A stretch of DNA of 47,321 nt from the IMG/VR virus record IMGVR_UViG_3300017785_009685, positions 1-47,321 of that record; one strand, 5' to 3'. Of the stretch, positions 33,572 to 43,205 are shown piece after piece. Source of the DNA: a virus. Its lineage: Duplodnaviria > Caudoviricetes. The notes under the pieces are model-generated. The model searched no databases. It was not told the DNA's origin and saw only the letters and a list, made by a program, of their open reading frames with translations. A program made the position numbers and the translations under genes. Each line of letters opens with the position of its first letter. Positions within the stretch are counted from its first letter, which is position 1.

Positions 33572-34221
33572 CGTTCGTGGGGGTGGAACGAGTAGTCCTT
33601 GCGATACAGCTGGCGGTAATGCGTCTGCCACGTCTTGTCCCCGCTGAACTCGTTGAGAACGACACGGCCGATCGACGAGAAGCCAGCGTGGAAGCTGTTG
33701 AGTCCCTCCATGAAATCGTCACCTCCCTGGGGCGGGAAGTAGACGACGAAGCCCCAGTGCGGCGGGGTGTAGGCGTCGAAGCGGTCGAGCTCCTCGTTCC
33801 ACCAGCGCACCCGCGGCCGGCGAAAGGGGATGCAGATGGGCAGGTCCCAGATCCAGGGCGCCTTGGCGGCGGTCTCGGAATTGGTGATCAGGATCACGGC
33901 CTGGCTGACCCGCCCCTGGCGGTACTCCTGCAGCAGCTTGTGCAGCATCTTGCGGTTGGGATCCATGCCGCTGGGGCAGAAGACCATGGTCCGGCCCTTG
34001 CCGAAGGGTCCCCAATCGCGCTCAAGGATCGCCTCGAGGGATTGCTCCTCGAGATTGAAGATGGTGCGGGCGCCGATCAGGCTGTTGTTGAGCTTGGTCG
34101 AGTAGGGGTCCAGGTCGATGCCGCCCATGGTGGCCCGGCTGGCCGTGACGAAATCGATCGGCGGAGCACTGGCGATGTAGTTGCTGTGCTCCGGGATCTT
34201 GCCGCGCCGGGGACGACTCAA
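33568..34221 (-). CDS. phage N6-adenine methyltransferase-like protein (atypical catalytic motif)
   Basis: MGGIDLDPYS..N..IGA and KLLQEYRQGRVSQAVIL..PICIP..R match the phage Dam-like family; the NPPY position reads FCPS. Confidence 0.6.
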   Translation of the reverse strand: MSRPRRGKIPEHSNYIASAPPIDFVTASRATMGGIDLDPYSTKLNNSLIGARTIFNLEEQSLEAILERDWGPFGKGRTMVFCPSGMDPNRKMLHKLLQEYRQGRVSQAVILITNSETAAKAPWIWDLPICIPFRRPRVRWWNEELDRFDAYTPPHWGFVVYFPPQGGDDFMEGLNSFHAGFSSIGRVVLNEFSGDKTWQTHYRQLYRKDYSFHPHER

Positions 34222-34652
34222 GGGGCCACCTCGCGCAGCATCTCCTCGATGGCCGCCTCGGGCGCCTCAAAGGGGACAGCAACGCAGGAAACGCCCTGGC
34301 CTTCGGCCATGACGAACAAGGCGTGGGTGTCGTGGTTGAGCTGCGCGATCGCGCTGAGCACATCACTGAGGAAGCCAACGGCTCCGGTGTCATTGCCGCG
34401 TTGGGCCATCTCCAGGTCCTCTTCAAAGTCGCTGGCCGTGACATAGATGGCGTCGCGCTTGCCATCGACCATGCGAATGACCAGGGCGCCGGGACCGCGC
34501 TCGTCCCTGGCGTTTTCGTAGGAGCCGAGCAGGTCGAGCAGCACCAGGCGGCAGGCCATGGTGCCGACGCGGCGCATCACCTCAGGCTTGTCAGTCGTGT
34601 GGATCTCAGGAAAGAACTGGAGCAGGATCTGGTCTTGATTCAGGCGGGGCAT
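34218..34652 (-). CDS. hypothetical protein
   Basis: ATG 34652 just after the thyX stop; 144 aa. Confidence 0.65.
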   Translation of the reverse strand: MPRLNQDQILLQFFPEIHTTDKPEVMRRVGTMACRLVLLDLLGSYENARDERGPGALVIRMVDGKRDAIYVTASDFEEDLEMAQRGNDTGAVGFLSDVLSAIAQLNHDTHALFVMAEGQGVSCVAVPFEAPEAAIEEMLREVAP

Positions 34653-34654
34653 GG

Positions 34655-35395
34655 TCAAGGTGCGAGGCGGGCTTTGCCGAGGCGCTTGTCCTCGTAGTAG
34701 GCGGCGACCTGTGGCATCCACCCCTGGAAGTGGGAGAAGAGCATGTCGCTGAGCTGACGAATCTCCAGCTGGGCGTCGGCCTTGGCCCGCAGGTCCAAAA
34801 AGTGCATCAAGCTGCGGGCGTTGAAGCTGACCACGAAGTGCTGGCGCACGCAGTAGGGGATCAGGGCCCGGGACTGCTCTTCGGAGAAGCCCGCGTTGAT
34901 CCGGCTGGCATAGAGGTCCGCCAGGCGGGCTGCAACCTCGAGGTCGGTGGTGCGGTGCTCGACCGTGTAGTCGTAGTGCTTCCCGAAGCGGTCGGTGTAG
35001 GAGCCAAGCGGGCGAAAGTAGAAGACCTCCTCGATCGATCGATGCCCCCGGGCAACATCGACGACTCTCTGGGAGGTGTATCTTCCAGACTGCACATCGA
35101 AGCTGATCCCGACCCGATGGGTGCGGGCCTGCTGCATCAGGTCGTGGGGAAAGCCGATGACGTTGAAGCAGATCGAGGGATGCTCCAGCGGCCCGTAGTG
35201 ACCGCGCTCTCCGGCAAGCAAGTGCTTGACAACGATCTCGCCCGCCAGTTGCTCGGTTTCAGGGACAGGCTCATCAGCGACGGCGTGCTCGCTGTAGTCC
35301 TGGTGCATCGCCTGCCAGGCCATGGTCTGGGGCTTTTCGATGCGGCCGAGCGGGGCAACGCGGAAGTGGGGGTCGGGCGCGGGAAGGCTGGACAA
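34655..35395 (-). CDS. thyX: FAD-dependent thymidylate synthase
   Basis: GHYGPLEH, QARTHRVGISFDVQSGRY, NARSLMHFLDLR, AQLEIR (cyanobacterial-type ThyX). Confidence 0.95.
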   Translation of the reverse strand: MSSLPAPDPHFRVAPLGRIEKPQTMAWQAMHQDYSEHAVADEPVPETEQLAGEIVVKHLLAGERGHYGPLEHPSICFNVIGFPHDLMQQARTHRVGISFDVQSGRYTSQRVVDVARGHRSIEEVFYFRPLGSYTDRFGKHYDYTVEHRTTDLEVAARLADLYASRINAGFSEEQSRALIPYCVRQHFVVSFNARSLMHFLDLRAKADAQLEIRQLSDMLFSHFQGWMPQVAAYYEDKRLGKARLAP

Positions 35396-35451
35396 GCAAG
35401 GCTTGCGACTCGCTGCAATCTACAGACACAGCTTGCGCCAGGCAAGCTGTG

Positions 35452-36090
35452 TCAGACCAGGTAGCCCTTCATCTGGTTGGAGATGTCGCCGTAAAAGGCC
35501 TGCAGAGCTTCGGTCGGGTTCTTGGGCAGCTTCAGCTCCGGGGAAAGCCTGTCCAGGTTGCGGCTGTCGATGTCGGCCTTCCACTGAGAGGAGTTCAAAG
35601 CCGCTGCATCGAAGCGATCAGCCGACTTGGTGGTGCTCTCCTGGGTGGCCCTGGCGGCATCGAGCATCCCCTGGGTGGCCAGGTTGGCATTGTTGAAGTG
35701 GTTGCCGGGGATCCAGGACTTCTGCTTGTGGGTGGTGCCTGGCAGGGATTCGCGGTAGGAGACCTCGGCCCGATCCTTGGCAGCCGTGGTTGCTTGCGCG
35801 GCAGCGGATCCACCGGCACCGGAGGCGGTCACCGCGGCCGGCGGCGGAGCCGGAGCGGCAGCGGGGGCAGGGGCGGCAGCGGGTGCGGCGGCAGGCTTGT
35901 AGTAGGCCAGGCTGTTGCCGCCCGAGCCAAATCTCCGGACATCGGCGCCGGCAGGGATCTCGGCGTCATTCTCGGTGTACCGGTAACCCTGGCCCACAAG
36001 GCCCATCCCCTGCTGCTGCTCGCCGGGGCTCCAGGTCATGAAGCGCCGGTTCTGCTCCGCCGTGATTGGATCGAAGTGCCCAAATGCCAT
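35452..36090 (-). CDS. hypothetical protein with Pro/Ala linker
   Basis: ATG 36090 preceded by a TAGACT box; PAAAPAAAPAPAAAPAPP linker. Confidence 0.6.
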   Translation of the reverse strand: MAFGHFDPITAEQNRRFMTWSPGEQQQGMGLVGQGYRYTENDAEIPAGADVRRFGSGGNSLAYYKPAAAPAAAPAPAAAPAPPPAAVTASGAGGSAAAQATTAAKDRAEVSYRESLPGTTHKQKSWIPGNHFNNANLATQGMLDAARATQESTTKSADRFDAAALNSSQWKADIDSRNLDRLSPELKLPKNPTEALQAFYGDISNQMKGYLV

Positions 36091-36156
36091 CGGTTTTCCT
36101 GTCGCCTCAAGATGGGAGCAGTCTATTGGCATCCCAGGCGCCGGTCTCACTGTCTC

Positions 36157-36816
36157 TCACTCCACGGCGGCCATGATGCGGTCGATCCAATCTGGGCTGA
36201 TGCGCCGGAACAGGGACAAGCGCTCTGGCGGGCCCTGCCTGTGCTCTTGCAACAGCGTCGCGATGTACGACTGCTGCGCCTCGATCTCCAGGCAGAGGTT
36301 GAGGCGGTTGATGCTGGCGGCGTGGTGAAAGTGGGGGACGTGCTGCACCCGCAGGTGCAGGGGATTGCAGCAGGCCTTGTTACCGCAGACAGGCTTGACC
36401 TCCAGAGCGCCGGTGTCGCCCCAGGCAAACCAGGAGGCGACGCGATAGGGGGCGATGCGGGTGGCAACGCCACCAAGCCAGGAGGGCCGGCGCACGGTCT
36501 TGGACCAGGTGTGGCTGCCGTAGTCCAGCAGGCGGTTCTGGTGCTCCCAACAGTCTTCGGGTGCGCCTACGTCGACCAAGGTCCAGAACTCCAGGTAGTG
36601 GATCTGGTACGGACGCAGGACGGCGTTGACATCTAGGTTCAGCTGGCCTTGCACCAGCTCGTCGACGCAATGCACGCAGGCCTGGGTATCGACGTAGCGA
36701 GGCGTGCGCAGATCGCGGGCGCTGTGGTTGTGGCGAGTGAACAGGCAGGGCGGCCCCATGACCGTCTCGGCATGGAAGCTGTCGCCGAGATACCAGCCCG
36801 TCTTGCGGCGGACCAT
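36157..36816 (-). CDS. HNH/His-Me finger endonuclease-like protein
   Basis: N-terminal Zn motif (C..H..R....CVHC), FW..VD..DCWE, and CGNKACCNPLHL. Confidence 0.7.
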   Translation of the reverse strand: MVRRKTGWYLGDSFHAETVMGPPCLFTRHNHSARDLRTPRYVDTQACVHCVDELVQGQLNLDVNAVLRPYQIHYLEFWTLVDVGAPEDCWEHQNRLLDYGSHTWSKTVRRPSWLGGVATRIAPYRVASWFAWGDTGALEVKPVCGNKACCNPLHLRVQHVPHFHHAASINRLNLCLEIEAQQSYIATLLQEHRQGPPERLSLFRRISPDWIDRIMAAVE

Positions 36817-37148
36817 CAGACGACTGGCATCAGTGGGTATCCGGCCGGCGCGGTGATCGTGCCGCCAAGGGCCTTGAACTGCTGCGCCAGGGGCAGGACC
36901 TCAGAGCGGTGTGTGGCCCAGAGCTCGTGGCGGGTGGAACCCTCGATGATGACTGGCACCAGGATCAGATTGGCGCGAGCGCGCTCAGGCAGGCCGCAGA
37001 CCAGAGCCAGGCGACCATCGAGCTGGCTTTTGATGCGAGTGCCTGGGGGATTGCTTTGCAAGAGAAGTCGTGCGGGTGGGCGCAGTGTAGGTGGCGCCAA
37101 GCGTTCAGACCAGTCGCAGATGGGCGTCTTCCGTCTCTTCAACGTCAT
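36816..37148 (-). CDS. hypothetical protein
   Basis: Probable start MTLKRRK at 37148; stop overlaps the next ATG. Confidence 0.5.
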   Translation of the reverse strand: MTLKRRKTPICDWSERLAPPTLRPPARLLLQSNPPGTRIKSQLDGRLALVCGLPERARANLILVPVIIEGSTRHELWATHRSEVLPLAQQFKALGGTITAPAGYPLMPVV

Positions 37149-37665
37149 CGCGATCCGGGTTCGAGGCGGCGGCGCAGCGCAGTGGGCCTTCCACGGCCAG
37201 AAGCTCGACGCCAACGCCGGCCTCCCCGAAGACCTGGCGGGCCCGGGCGATCGATTCAGCCCAGCGCATGGGCGTGACGAAGTCGGGTGCAACGACTTTG
37301 GTGATGCCCACCTGGATCAAAGAGGTGGCGCAATTCGAGCAAGGCAGCAGCGGGTAGACGTAGACACTGGCCCCCTCCAGGCAGACGCCATGACGGGCGG
37401 CAAATGTCACCAGGTTGAGCTCGGCGTGGATCGTCAGAGCCAGGCGCAGCTCGCGGTTGAGCAGGCGCTCCTTGCTGTCGAGGATGCCAGCAGGCAAGCC
37501 GTTGTAGCCGGTGGCAATGATGCGCCGATCTCGGACCGCCACGGCGCCGACCCGGGTTGAAGGGTCTTTACTCCAGGCGGCCTTGGCGGCAGCTTCGTAC
37601 ATGAAGCGCTGGTCCCAGTCCTTGGGGATCTTGGGGTAGCGAATGGCGCGGAGGTTGTCGGTCAT
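37105..37665 (-). CDS. dCMP deaminase (ComEB-like)
   Basis: SKDPSTRVGAV..TGYNG..HAELN..PCSNC. Confidence 0.92.
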   Translation of the reverse strand: MTDNLRAIRYPKIPKDWDQRFMYEAAAKAAWSKDPSTRVGAVAVRDRRIIATGYNGLPAGILDSKERLLNRELRLALTIHAELNLVTFAARHGVCLEGASVYVYPLLPCSNCATSLIQVGITKVVAPDFVTPMRWAESIARARQVFGEAGVGVELLAVEGPLRCAAASNPDRDDVEETEDAHLRLV

Positions 37666-37823
37666 GGGACGGGGTGGGTCTTGCTAGAGGAAACGCCTGG
37701 CCGGAAATCGTTCCGCTTGCAGCAGGGGCAGGGCATCGGGAATCGCAAGGCGCGCTGCTCCAGGTCACTTCGCAGGTAGCCGCATTCACTGCACTCCCAC
37801 ACCAGGAACGGAGGCTCAGCCAT
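37662..37823 (-). CDS. small zinc-ribbon protein
   Basis: WECSECG...CPCC. Confidence 0.55.
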   Translation of the reverse strand: MAEPPFLVWECSECGYLRSDLEQRALRFPMPCPCCKRNDFRPGVSSSKTHPVP

Positions 37824-38139
37824 GAGCCTCCGGCAGCGGCAGCGCCCAGAGGGGCAGCCAGTAGTTGCCATAAGGGCCGCCATCAACTAGCTGCCACTCA
37901 GGCATCCCGGCGCGATTGAACCACCACAACCGGCCTTCAGTATCAAAATCCGCAGGTACAGGCAACCTCTCGCCCACCGGGACCGGCGCGGCGAGGAGGG
38001 TGCGGGCGCGGTCCACCATCGCCTGAGCGGCAGCAGTGTGCTCGTCGGCCGGATCGTTGATCAGGTAGCCCTCAATCCACTCGTCCAGTTCGTCGGCCAG
38101 TTCAGCGCACAAGGCGCGGAAGTCGGTGGGAGTGGTCAT
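37816..38139 (-). CDS. hypothetical phage protein
   Basis: TDFRALCAEL..PVPVGERLP..D.EGR.WW..WLP..ALPLP modular accessory family. Confidence 0.65.
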   Translation of the reverse strand: MTTPTDFRALCAELADELDEWIEGYLINDPADEHTAAAQAMVDRARTLLAAPVPVGERLPVPADFDTEGRLWWFNRAGMPEWQLVDGGPYGNYWLPLWALPLPEAHG

Positions 38140-38334
38140 AGTTCATCGTCCTTAAAGAGTGTTTCAACTGTTCGATCTGCTAACCATATACAGCCAACTG
38201 TGACTGCCAAGCCGACACCAAAGTAGATGGCCAGTCCTGCTATTAGCATCACTCCACCTTCTCCCCTGCCTGCTTCAAGGCGCGGAAGTCGGGCCTTGCG
38301 GCGGCCAAGGTGCTGGCCAGGTGCCCTTCAAAAC

Positions 38335-38664
38335 TCATTCTGCGGCTTGCACATCTGCGCCAGATCCTACACCTGTGTCAGCCTTCTCGTCGCCCGGCCT
38401 GAACCCAGATTGCCAGATACGCCTTGCGGCGGTGTTGAGCTCGTCGCGGCCGGTGAAGCCCATGGCCTTGGCGGCGGTGATCAGGCCCTGGCGGAGGCTG
38501 ACCGCGCCGGGGAAGTCGCGGTAGCGGGTGAGCAGGCGGGCCAGGTCGACGACGTCCTGGTCGGTGTAGGTGCCTGGGGTGCAGGCCAGCAGGCGGTCAA
38601 CGGTGGGCCGGTCGCGGTCCTCGAGGGGGTGAACCGACTGGCGGCCGTGAAAATCGATGCTCAT
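38335..38664 (-). CDS. DUF3288-like cyanobacterial protein
   Basis: HPL..DR..VDRLL..DLARLLTRYRDFPGA..ELN..ARRIW..GFRP..VGSG.D. Confidence 0.75.
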   Translation of the reverse strand: MSIDFHGRQSVHPLEDRDRPTVDRLLACTPGTYTDQDVVDLARLLTRYRDFPGAVSLRQGLITAAKAMGFTGRDELNTAARRIWQSGFRPGDEKADTGVGSGADVQAAE

Positions 38665-39257
38665 GGGTGGACGGTTCGGAGATTGGCCGTGAAGGGTCGG
38701 GAGCCGTGGAGGGCGTGACGAGAGTCGTGGAATGCTGGGCCGCAAGAAGTGGGTTGCAACATCCACGCTTCAAGAGCCCTTGGTATGACTAGATTGGTAC
38801 TCATTGCTTGGGGTGCTTGTGCACGCGCCTTATCGGCCCGAAGGCCCGAGAAAGCCCTTGCGGGAACAGGTGTCAGGGGTGCACGCACTCGGTCAAGCCG
38901 GATCCCTGTCCTTCTGTCGATTTTATATCCCCCTTTCTTGCTCTTCTTCAGCAAGTTTGGGACGTGGGAATCATAGCCGGATCCGCTGGTTGGACGTGAA
39001 GGGTCAAAGGGTGCGCTGCAGGGTGGAAGGGCGTCCGCATGGGAATAAACAATTTTGACGGCAGGATAGGGGGAGAGCTTGACGAGCACGGCACCCCCTG
39101 AAACCTGTTGCTGCCAGGGGTTTAGGGCGTGACGCGCCCCCCTCTCAGTCTTAGACCCACGCGACGTGTCATGAGACTGAGGAGATAGCGCGGGGAGGAG
39201 GCCCTCCCCTGCAGTGGTTCTCGGCCGAGCGTCACGACCAGCCTGTCTCACTGAGAC

Positions 39258-41618
39258 TCAGCCGGGGGGCTTGGTCGAGGGTTCCAGCCAGACCCTGGTC
39301 ACCTTGCCGAAGATCCGGACCCGAGTGGGCACCCAGCCCAGGCGCTTCATCTCGTCGGAGACGGGGATCTGCATGTTCTTGAAAGCGGTGACGTCGATGC
39401 CCATCTGCTGGAGCACTTCGGCCAGCAGCACGTAGCGGCGGCCCTTCACCATGCCGGTGGTGTGGACGCCCAGGACCCGGGAGACCATCGGGCCGACGGC
39501 GTTGTCGTGGGAGAAGCCGTCGATGTAGGCGTTGACCAGCCCCAGCTCGTAGGAGGAGAAGGTCCATTCCTCGCCGGCCAGGTAGGCGGCGTAGGCGGCG
39601 GCCCAGATCGAATCGCGATCGCGCTGCAGCCGATCGAGGTCGATGATCTTGACCCGGGCGTCGTCGGGGCTGGGCACCTTGCCGTGGACGATGATCGGCA
39701 GGAAGCGCCGGTTGCCGGTGGGGTCGACCAAGAAGTCCTTGTTGTTGGTGGCGCCAGCCAGTACAAAGGACCTGGGATAGAGGGCCTCGTTCTGGTACTT
39801 CTTGGCGGAGTAATCGACCGCGGTGGAGACCAGGTTCTTGAGCTCCTCGACGAAGCGCCGCTGGAAGTAGCGCTCGACTTCATCGAGCACGACGACCCAG
39901 CCGGCATGCAGGATGTGGGGCTTTTCCTTCAGGAAGCCGATGCCCTGCTGCACGGTGGTCGACCAGGCGGGTCCGGAGTGCTGAGGCGGAACGAGGTAGC
40001 GGAGGAAAGCACTCTTGCCGACGTTCTGGGCGCCGACGAAGACCGGCATCCAGGGGGCATCGCAGCCGGGCTTCATGGCCCGGGCCACTGCTGCGATGAA
40101 GAACCGCCGCAGGATCACATCGGCGATGTGCTGCCCCTCGAGGTGGAGGTTGTCGCTGTCCTCGCCGTCGATGCCCAACAGTTCGCTGGCCAATCGATCG
40201 AAGTAGGGGCAGGGAGCCTGGGCCGACAGGCAAGTGTCGAGGTAGCCCTTGACCGGGTTGTAGCGCTTCTCGTAGGCGATGACCTGGATCAGGTCGTTGA
40301 CCATCGTCTTGGGCATTAGGTCGCTATCCCCACGACTGAGGCGGATGTACGTGGTGCTGGAGTCCGGCAGCAGCTGGGGGGCGTCCTTGGGGCCGAACTC
40401 GACCTGGTCGGTGACCATGTTGCGGCGCAAGCCCGGGTAGAGATTGCGCAGCCGGCCCATGGCCTGCTCGACCACGTTGGCTTTCTTCGGGCGACCGGGG
40501 CCGCGCTTTTCGGGGGGCTTGCTGCTGGTCGGCGGCGGGGGGTCGCCCTCGAAGGCCGCGTCTTCGTAGCCGGGGGCTTTCGGCGCGGCCGGGGTGGCCA
40601 CCTGGGCCCAGGGAGAGTTGGCATCGAACATCGAGGCCTGCGGCGTGGCCGGCACTGTCACGTCCGGGTCGCCCATGAAATCGAGAAGGTCGTAGCCCGC
40701 CCAGGTGTCGCTGTGCCCCTTGAAGCCGTAGCCCTCACTGCTGCGCAGTTCGTCGGGCAAACCATCGCGCCAGCTGGGGTTCTGCTCGGAGGCCAGAAAG
40801 AACAGGGTTCCCAGTGAGCTGCCCTTGAGGCCGGCGAACCAGCGCTCGGAGGACTGGCGCCTGTTGCCTCCTGAGCCGTGGTGACCGCGGGAAGCCCAGT
40901 CGCTCCAGGCCGGGAAAACGGCATCTCCGCCGGCGCGGGCGGCCGCGGAGATGCGAACGAACCTGTCGCGCTCGCCGTCGCGAGTGGGCTCGATCACCTG
41001 CTCAAGGACGTGGATGGCGCGCAGGATTGAGATCTCGTCCACTTCAGAAGCGGCATCGCGGCAGGCGGAGCGCTGCTGCTCGAGGAAAGCCTCGGCGTCG
41101 CTGATGATCTGGCTGTCGAGGACGGCATTCACATCGACGCCCATGTGGGCGGCATCTGAGTTGCCGTAAAACAGCCTCGTGGGGTCTGTGCAGCTGCGAT
41201 CCCCGCCGAGGGCGTTGGTGAGGATCGTGACGATCGCCTTGTACAGGTCGCCGCCATGGATGGTCTCGGGGAGGCGGAACAGGACGCGGAAGCGGTGCTT
41301 GCCGTTGCCTGGGTCGTGGGATGGGGTGCTGTAGACGCAGCAGGCGGAGGCGGCCAGGGGGTGGTCTGCGAACTCGCTGATCGTCAGGCCGTAGTCGATG
41401 TCGACGGCCACGAGTGAAGCGGACTCGAACGCGGCGGCGGTGCGGTGGTCAGACGTCATCGCGGCGGCAATGAAGGCGCCGCCGTCAGCAATGTGGTCGA
41501 TCAGGCCCTTGAGATCAGTTGTTCGCCGCTGCCAGCCGTAGCCGAAGCGGGGCTCCCAGACGGAGGGCTTGTTGCGGATGTCGGGGTGGGCAGACCAGGA
41601 GATGGGGCGGTCAGTCAT
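39258..41618 (-). CDS. primase-helicase (primase domain + PriCT-2 + VapE ATPase)
   Basis: VAVDID, YSTPSH, RFRVLF, DPTRLFY; GTLFFLA; Walker A GAQNVGKS, Walker B VVLDE, FLVDPTGNRRF. Likely start ATG 41618. Confidence 0.88.
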   Translation of the reverse strand: MTDRPISWSAHPDIRNKPSVWEPRFGYGWQRRTTDLKGLIDHIADGGAFIAAAMTSDHRTAAAFESASLVAVDIDYGLTISEFADHPLAASACCVYSTPSHDPGNGKHRFRVLFRLPETIHGGDLYKAIVTILTNALGGDRSCTDPTRLFYGNSDAAHMGVDVNAVLDSQIISDAEAFLEQQRSACRDAASEVDEISILRAIHVLEQVIEPTRDGERDRFVRISAAARAGGDAVFPAWSDWASRGHHGSGGNRRQSSERWFAGLKGSSLGTLFFLASEQNPSWRDGLPDELRSSEGYGFKGHSDTWAGYDLLDFMGDPDVTVPATPQASMFDANSPWAQVATPAAPKAPGYEDAAFEGDPPPPTSSKPPEKRGPGRPKKANVVEQAMGRLRNLYPGLRRNMVTDQVEFGPKDAPQLLPDSSTTYIRLSRGDSDLMPKTMVNDLIQVIAYEKRYNPVKGYLDTCLSAQAPCPYFDRLASELLGIDGEDSDNLHLEGQHIADVILRRFFIAAVARAMKPGCDAPWMPVFVGAQNVGKSAFLRYLVPPQHSGPAWSTTVQQGIGFLKEKPHILHAGWVVVLDEVERYFQRRFVEELKNLVSTAVDYSAKKYQNEALYPRSFVLAGATNNKDFLVDPTGNRRFLPIIVHGKVPSPDDARVKIIDLDRLQRDRDSIWAAAYAAYLAGEEWTFSSYELGLVNAYIDGFSHDNAVGPMVSRVLGVHTTGMVKGRRYVLLAEVLQQMGIDVTAFKNMQIPVSDEMKRLGWVPTRVRIFGKVTRVWLEPSTKPPG

Positions 41619-41678
41619 GAAGGGGCGGTGGTGCCGCTGGAGGGACGCGAGATGCAGCTTGCGGCGTTGTTGCCGCGA

Positions 41679-41725
41679 TGTCAACCGGGATGCGCGCACC
41701 TGCGCCATGCGTGATACGGTTGACA
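41679..41725. promoter_or_regulatory. divergent promoter/operator region
   Basis: Inverted repeat TGTCAACCG (41679-41687) / CGGTTGACA (41717-41725), each containing TTGACA facing outward. Confidence 0.6.
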
Positions 41726-41814
41726 CAGAACAGACACCGATGCAACAGATTGACCAAGGTGGTGCGCCCGCTCGTTGCCTTGCCTTTATTTCTTTAGTAT
41801 TTGCGCGTTAAACC

Positions 41815-42483
41815 ATGTCCACGTCACGCCTCGTGAAAAGTTCGACACCGCCAGGCGACCCGGCATCGACCAAGCAGCGCACAGACGCTGAGCGCCAGCG
41901 CATTGAACGTTTCATCCAGGCCCTGAACCAGGCGATGGTCATCGGCAACCTCAGCCAGCGCAAGCTGGCCACAGCGATCGGCGTCGAGAGCGGCACGTTC
42001 ACGAAGTACCTGAGAGGCAGTGTTGACCCGTTCAAGATCGGCAGCGCCATCCAGGCGGGGTTGGCCCGCCAGCTGGGGGTGACGATGGACGCCTTGATGG
42101 CTTATTACGAGAGCGGGGAGTACCTCTCAGGGGTGGACGCCGATCAGGTGGAGTCCTGGATCCGCTCGGAGGCCGGCCAGGAAGGCCTGGTACGGCTGCT
42201 GCAGGCACTGCAAGAGGCAGGACAACGCTGGGGTGAGTCCGGCTGCCCGCAAGCCGCGCAGCCGGCAGCTCTGACGCCGTATGAATGGCCGGCTCAGGTG
42301 GTCGATGAGAGTGGGATGAGCGGTGAGATCCTGGAACGACTGGGTATCCGGTCCCAGGCCCTTGATGCCCTGATCGAAACTGGCGAGATCGACGAGGATC
42401 TGGTCGATGGTTTTGCCCTGCTGGTTCGCTCGACGCCCGACTCGGTGCGCGAAGCGTTTCGCCTACGTCAACCCCTGGGCTGA
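41815..42483 (+). CDS. XRE-family HTH regulator (putative immunity repressor)
   Basis: LSQRKLATAIGVESGTFTKYLRG HTH; divergent from the primase. Confidence 0.75.
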   Translation: MSTSRLVKSSTPPGDPASTKQRTDAERQRIERFIQALNQAMVIGNLSQRKLATAIGVESGTFTKYLRGSVDPFKIGSAIQAGLARQLGVTMDALMAYYESGEYLSGVDADQVESWIRSEAGQEGLVRLLQALQEAGQRWGESGCPQAAQPAALTPYEWPAQVVDESGMSGEILERLGIRSQALDALIETGEIDEDLVDGFALLVRSTPDSVREAFRLRQPLG

Positions 42484-42557
42484 CGTCGCGCTTCTGGCGG
42501 TGCCAGAATGGCCTGAGAATCTGAACGGGCTCCCTGATCCGGAGCGGGTGCCGGGCC

Positions 42558-43205
42558 ATGGATCCAGTGCTGTTGGCCCTACTGGTAGAGCGCTTGAGCT
42601 GGGTCTTCGGGGTCGGCGCGGTGGCCTATGGGTTCACGCAGAAGAATCCCTGGGTGCTGCCCTTGCTGCAGCGTTGCGGGGCCGCAGCCGGACGCTTGCT
42701 GCCAGGGCATCAGACGCAGCGCAAGCTGGACCTGGTGCTGTCGGAACAGAAGCAGATGCGGCAGCAGCTGTATCCCAACGGTGGCAGCTCCCTGTTCGAC
42801 CTGACCAAGCGCAATGAGGTGGCCCTGGGACGGATCCGCCGGCACCTGGCGATCGTGGAAGCCCAGAGCCACTCGATGCGCGACAGCACGGGGATGCTCA
42901 CCTACTCAACCAATGCAGAGGGAGAGCACGTCCAATCGAGTCGGCCTCTGCTGGCCCTGCTGGGCATGGAGCAAGGGGAGGCGACAGGCCTGGGCTGGAA
43001 GAACTGCATCGCCCCGTCTGACCTGAGCGAGTACGTCGAAGGCTGGAGCTCAGCGGTGGAGGACGGCCGGGACTTCATCTGCGATGTACGGCTGCGGAAT
43101 CTGCGCACCAACCAGCTGATTCCGGTGCGGGTGACAGCTGATGCGGTGCGGGTGGATGGGGAGGTGGTGGGCTGGATGGGACGGATCGAGAGGGTGAAGC
43201 CATGA
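42558..43205 (+). CDS. membrane-anchored PAS-domain protein
   Basis: N-terminal TM; LYPNGGSSLFD motif; C-terminal PAS (TNAEG..LLG..GLGWKNCIAPSDL..WSSAVEDG..VRL..VGWMG). Confidence 0.8.
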   Translation: MDPVLLALLVERLSWVFGVGAVAYGFTQKNPWVLPLLQRCGAAAGRLLPGHQTQRKLDLVLSEQKQMRQQLYPNGGSSLFDLTKRNEVALGRIRRHLAIVEAQSHSMRDSTGMLTYSTNAEGEHVQSSRPLLALLGMEQGEATGLGWKNCIAPSDLSEYVEGWSSAVEDGRDFICDVRLRNLRTNQLIPVRVTADAVRVDGEVVGWMGRIERVKP

